64,000 nucleotides of DNA from Dissulfurispiraceae bacterium (lineage in GTDB: Bacteria > Nitrospirota > Thermodesulfovibrionia > Thermodesulfovibrionales > Dissulfurispiraceae). Location of the stretch: contig DATIKF010000179.1 in the NCBI GenBank assembly GCA_035477855.1, positions 22,390 through 86,389 on the forward strand, given 5' to 3'. This document shows positions 62,887 to 64,000 of this stretch, piece after piece. Numbering within the stretch: the stretch's first letter is position 1; the number at the start of each line of letters is the position of its first letter. A program made the translations under genes and the position numbers. Under the pieces are notes generated by a model. That model saw only the letters and a program-made list of their open reading frames with translations, searched no databases and was not told the origin of the DNA.

Positions 62887-63277
62887 CGTTCTGCTCCCTT
62901 CTCTGCTGTTCCTGCGCTGCTGCCTGCCGCTGTTTTTCATCAAGCCGCTCGAACGTCTTGCGTTCCTTCGCCGCATCCAGCAGAAATGCACGTGCCTCAT
63001 CAACCTGCTTCTGCTTATCCGCTATAACTGACTGCTGCCGCCGGATCTGCAGAACCAGATGTTCCGTATAATCCTGCACAAGGCGAATCTCCGCAATATC
63101 TACCAGTTCATCGCCTCCGCCCTCAATGTTCACACCCATGAAAGCATGCCGGGATTCGAGATTGTTAAGTTTTTCCTCTTCCGCATGCAGTTCCTTAGTG
63201 AGAAGCGCAAACAGGCTCTTGAGTTCATCTTCCTTCCACCGCTTGAGGCCAAGCAGGCTCTGAATAGAGGTGCTCAT
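62834..63277 (-). CDS. fliJ: Flagellar export chaperone/stalk protein FliJ
   Basis: 147 aa, all coiled coil. LLGLKRWKEDELKSLFALLTKEL... Lies immediately after fliI with a 1-nt overlap. Confidence 0.72.
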   Translation of the reverse strand: MSTSIQSLLGLKRWKEDELKSLFALLTKELHAEEEKLNNLESRHAFMGVNIEGGGDELVDIAEIRLVQDYTEHLVLQIRRQQSVIADKQKQVDEARAFLLDAAKERKTFERLDEKQRQAAAQEQQRREQNDADERAVITYGRKKEKR

Positions 63278-63999
63278 TATGCGCCCTCAAAAAGTGAGGC
63301 GAGCTGATGAATCCCCTGTTCAAGCGTTACCCGCTCTTCTATCCTCTGCTTCAGAAAAGTCCGTATTCGCTCCATCATGCGGATGGCATAATCAACACGG
63401 GGATTCGTGCCTTCCTTGTATGCGCCGATCGTAATGACATCTTCATACTGCTTATACGTAGCCATAATTTCCAGAGCGCGCTCCACATGGTTCCTGTGCG
63501 GCTCAGTGATAATGTCCTTCATGATTCGGCTGATGCTCCGCAGCATGTCGACAGCAGGATACTGGTTGTGGTTAGCAAGATCCCGTGACAAAACAATATG
63601 CCCGTCCAGTACAGAGCGCGCCGCATCTGCAACCGGCTCATTCATGTCATCACCCTCGACCAGCACGGTATAGAGACCGGTTATTGCACCCTTGTGCTCC
63701 CAGGTTCCGGCACGTTCGACCAGTTTCGGCAGAAGCTTGAAAACAGAGGGCGTATACCCTTTTGTGGTCGGAGGCTCTCCGGCAGCAAGTCCGACTTCGC
63801 GCTGCGCCATGGCAAAACGGGTCAGCGAGTCCATCATAAAAAGAACATCCTTGCCCTCAGAGCGGAAATATTCGGCAATGGCGGCTGCAACAAATGCACC
63901 CCGGATTCGTATCAGGGGAGACGTGTCGGAAGTTGCAACAATCAGAACAGAGCGACGCAGTCCCTCTTCTCCAAGATCGCGCTCGATAAACTCGCGCAC
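63277..63999 (-). CDS. fliI: Flagellum-specific ATPase FliI, C-terminal two thirds (5' end beyond window end)
   Basis: RSVLIVATSDTSPLIRIRGAFVAAAIAEYFRSEGKDVLFMMDSLTRFAMAQREVGLAAGEPPTTKGYTPSVF... The ORF is open to the window edge, so the first Met in the track is an artefact. Confidence 0.94.
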   Translation of the reverse strand: MREFIERDLGEEGLRRSVLIVATSDTSPLIRIRGAFVAAAIAEYFRSEGKDVLFMMDSLTRFAMAQREVGLAAGEPPTTKGYTPSVFKLLPKLVERAGTWEHKGAITGLYTVLVEGDDMNEPVADAARSVLDGHIVLSRDLANHNQYPAVDMLRSISRIMKDIITEPHRNHVERALEIMATYKQYEDVITIGAYKEGTNPRVDYAIRMMERIRTFLKQRIEERVTLEQGIHQLASLFEGA

Positions 64000-64000
64000 C

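Noticed and set aside
1-64000. Scan for tRNA/rRNA genes, CRISPR arrays, prophage or defence islands, toxin-antitoxin pairs, and long direct or inverted repeats.
   Set aside because: By eye there are no periodic repeat-spacer arrays, no cloverleaf-like conserved tRNA segments in the few intergenic gaps, and no phage or defence hallmark proteins. The only mobile DNA is the IS3 relic. A tRNA, ncRNA and repeat-finder run would be needed for certainty.

Overview
This is a 64 kb chromosomal segment from a flagellated diderm bacterium. About 70 genes are present and all but two (scpB and a LysM/NlpC-P60 hydrolase) lie on the minus strand. Gene content suggests an anaerobic Desulfobacterota/Geobacter-like organism: sigma-54 promoters, NifS/NifU-type Fe-S genes, class 1B dihydroorotate dehydrogenase, and a Bacillus-like fla/che gene order that also has L/P-ring genes. 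That taxonomic call is inference only.

Left part (1-30.3 kb):
- ribD, cut by the window edge and absent from the ORF track, then a UbiD-family decarboxylase.
- A minor-pilin operon, fimU-pilV-pilW-pilX-pilY1 plus one extra Ig-like gene. It sits behind a sigma-54 promoter and next to a PilS/PilR-like two-component pair.
- scpB, a LysM/P60 hydrolase, and an overlapping M23-peptidase/bactofilin pair.
- purM, nadC, valS, and an atypical response regulator.
- An Rrf2-TusA-NifS-NifU operon.
- An Mla-like operon carrying an embedded TolC-family gene and interrupted by a decayed IS3-family element.
- pyrK-pyrD and greA.

Right part (30.3-64 kb), one motility supercluster, listed in ascending window coordinates (transcription runs the opposite way, from fliI towards fliW):
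- fliW-csrA-flgL-flgK-flgN-flgM-flgJ-flgI-flgH-flgA-flgG-flgF.
- An HDOD gene, cheB, a CheW-CheZ fusion, cheA, two cheY genes, cheR and a HEAT-repeat gene.
- fliA-flhG-flhF-flhA-flhB-fliRQPO-fliN-fliM-fliL-flgE-flgD-fliK, a ylxF-like gene, fliJ and fliI (partial).

I found no tRNA or rRNA genes, no CRISPR array, no prophage and no recognisable defence island.

The most unusual items are:
1. A single ORF that fuses a CheW domain to a complete CheZ phosphatase.
2. A NifS/IscS homologue whose PLP-binding lysine is replaced (GHK to GHQ) and which has other changes in the PLP pocket.
3. A response regulator with three D/E-LA-R/K-QW motifs.
4. A sigma-28-type promoter driving a short GGA-rich transcript or mini-ORF.
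5. Several apparently leaderless or near-leaderless genes.
6. The IS3 relic, whose removal restores the mlaD stop codon and the downstream RBS.

All functional calls come from reading the translations by eye. No searches were run.
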